From Heterodontus francisci (Eukaryota): a DNA stretch of 64,000 bases. The notes below the pieces were generated by a model. It saw nothing but the letters and a program-made list of their open reading frames with translations, made no database searches and was not told the DNA's origin. The stretch covers positions 36,020,973 to 36,084,972 of the forward strand of contig NC_090389.1 in NCBI RefSeq assembly GCF_036365525.1, read 5' to 3'. Positions 61,795 to 64,000 of the stretch are shown piece after piece (position 1 is the first letter of the stretch; every line of letters begins with the position of its first letter). The translations under genes and the position numbers were made by a program.

Positions 61795-62486
61795 CATCAT
61801 AGCTTTGGTGCCATATTTGGCCCAGAGATGAGCTTCTGACCACATTCGCTTAATCACCAACACTACCTACTTCTACCTCCATAACATCGCACAACTTTAT
61901 CCTTGCCTCAGCTCATCTGCTGCTGAAACCCTCATCCAAGCCACTATTACCTCTAGACTTGACTGTTTCAATGCTCTCCTGGCCAGCCTCCCATTCTTCC
62001 ACCCTCCATAAACTTGAGCTCATCCCCAATAGCTGCTGCTATTCCCCAACTTGCACTAAGTCTTGTTCACTCATCACCTCTGTGCTTGCTAACCTACATT
62101 GGCTCCCAGACCAGCAACACCTCGATATTAAAATTCTCATCCTCGTTTTCAAATCCTTCCATGTCCTCACCCCTCCCTATCTCTATAACCACATCCAGTC
62201 CTACAACCCTCCAAGATCTCTGTCCTCCTCCATATCTGGCTTCTTGCGCAGCCATGCCTGCAGTTGTCTGGGCCCGAAGCACTGGAATTCCTTCCCTAGA
62301 CTTCTCTGCTTCTCAACCTTGCTCTCCTCCTCGCAAAAGCACCTTAACGCCTACCTCTCTGACAAAGTTTTTGGTCATGTGTCCTAATATTTCCTTATGT
62401 AGCTCAATGCCAAATTTTGTTTCATAATGCTCCTGTGTAAGTTTTACTACATTAAAGGTGCTATATTAATGCAAATTGTTGTTGTT
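61795..62486 (+). mobile_element. L2 LINE 3' end
   Basis: AETLIQATITSRLDCFNALL, ITSVLANLHWLP, KILILVFKS; tail gctatattaatgcaaattgttgttgtt. Confidence 0.88.
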
Positions 62487-62969
62487 CCTTTCATCTTCTG
62501 GTTTTAATTTGCATCTCAAGTTTGGCTAAAAACCTATCTTTATGCAGATGACAGAGACTATATGCCTGATTTGATTGTGCATTTTGATGGGATAATTGAG
62601 TGAAGACAAAGAGAAAGACCTGTATGAAATGAGGCTGAGATTCTGCAGAGAGTTGAGAGAAGGAAATTACCTCCACATAAATAAATTCCCTTTTAACACA
62701 CTTTAGTGGTTCTGAATGTGCTTATGTAAACTGAGAGGCAAAAATTGCATGCAATGTACCCATGGGCACATATATAAACTGCACATATGAAGAGCACAGA
62801 ATTCTGCAAATGTAGAAGTGCTCAGTTACAGGGAATTATAATGTCATTGATGTTCAAAATAGATTTTTTTTGAAAATACTAACAGGTTACAGCAGACCCA
62901 AAGTAAAATAGAACTGTAGATGGGAATGATGTATGAAATGTAATGTTGTTGAGGCAATGGAATTAAGTT

Positions 62970-64000
62970 TGAAAGCAAAATGCAGCAGAAACTGGAAGTC
63001 AGATAAAAACAGAAAATGCTCAAAATACTTGGCTGGTCAGGCATCATCTGTCAAGAGAGCACAAGGCAATGATTTGGATATGGAATCTTTCCTCACGGCA
63101 GGAACATGCAGATGAAAAAACAGAACCAGGCAAAAAGGGAACACACAATGACCACGCATAAAGGAAAAAAAGTGGAAAGATCTGTGACGTGTTTAGTTGG
63201 CGAATAGGAGATGGGTAAACGACGAGTGATTTATACATAAGACAAAAGCAAGCAGAATGAAAGAAATCAAAGACACGTGCAAGACATGAAAAGGAGTTGC
63301 ATTCACCTGTAGGGTTGCACAATATGAATGACAAAAGAGCAGTGGCTCGTTATATGCACTACCTGATTTCAACAGAATGGAAGTCCAGACAGGGTGAATA
63401 ATGGACGAATGATCAGCTACAGGCTGTTTTGTGCTCCCAATGCTATTGAATTTCACCCCGAGAGAATGTGGGACTTCCTAAAGGGAAATAGCCAAGTAAA
63501 ATGGGAAAGAGAGAGGTGTTAAGGATGACAGAAGAGTGAACCATTTTCAGGGAGGACACAGTTCCTTCAGAAAACAGAGAACGGACGGACATGATGATTT
63601 TGGAGGTGGCAAAATTGCAGATGATCTGTTGCAGAGGATGGTGGAGCAATGCCGACCTTATCACAGTTCTGTGGGGAAGGAGAAAGGGTTGGGCAGAAGC
63701 ATGGAGAATGGAACAGACTCAGTTCAACCATGGTGGAGTGCATTTTGGAGGATGGGGTGTGGGTGGTGGTATCATCAGAGCAGGTGCGATGGAGAAAGAG
63801 AAACCTGGGAAAGGGAATGGAATCCTTATGGGAGGTGGGATGAGAAGAAATGTAACCAGGCAGTTGTTGGAGTCAGTGGGCTGAAATAGATGTTGGTGAA
63901 CAGTGTTTCCACAGCGATAAGAGGTAGAAAAGTCCAGAAAGGGGTGAGAAGAGGAAGAGATCACCAATATAAAGGTAAGGGAGGAGTGGAAATTTGAAAT
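62970..64000 (-). mobile_element. Old Penelope element: RT remnant plus 3' pLTR
   Basis: ISSSSHPFLDFS...QPTDSNN (cf. PFLD...KPTDSHSYL), IPFP; divergent pLTR at 62970-63065 in the same orientation. Confidence 0.7.

Overview
Eukaryotic, non-genic (intergenic or intronic) vertebrate DNA that is mostly transposable elements. The repeat set (HE1-type V-SINEs, SacSINE1-type Deu-SINEs, CR1 LINEs with an SGNH-esterase ORF1, Penelope elements) points to a cartilaginous fish; this is inferred from repeats only. No host protein-coding exon could be supported. Contents: CR1 LINEs of several subfamilies, a Zenon/CR1-like LINE, L2 and RTE LINEs, Penelope remnants, solo LTRs with 4-bp TSDs, PIF/Harbinger elements and MITEs, and a CGGBP-like hAT derivative. 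Most notable: (1) short Penelope-derived insertions carrying a minimal hammerhead-ribozyme motif, all breaking at the same side of it; (2) a 42-copy 27/36-bp monomer array with a 252-bp higher-order duplication at the 5' end of a full-length CR1; (3) a five-layer nest of retroelements at 5.9-18.5 kb, largely resolved by TSDs; (4) a bipartite, internally deleted CR1; (5) a solo LTR inserted antiparallel into a solo LTR of its own family. Family names come from motif recognition, not database searches, and boundaries without a TSD are approximate.
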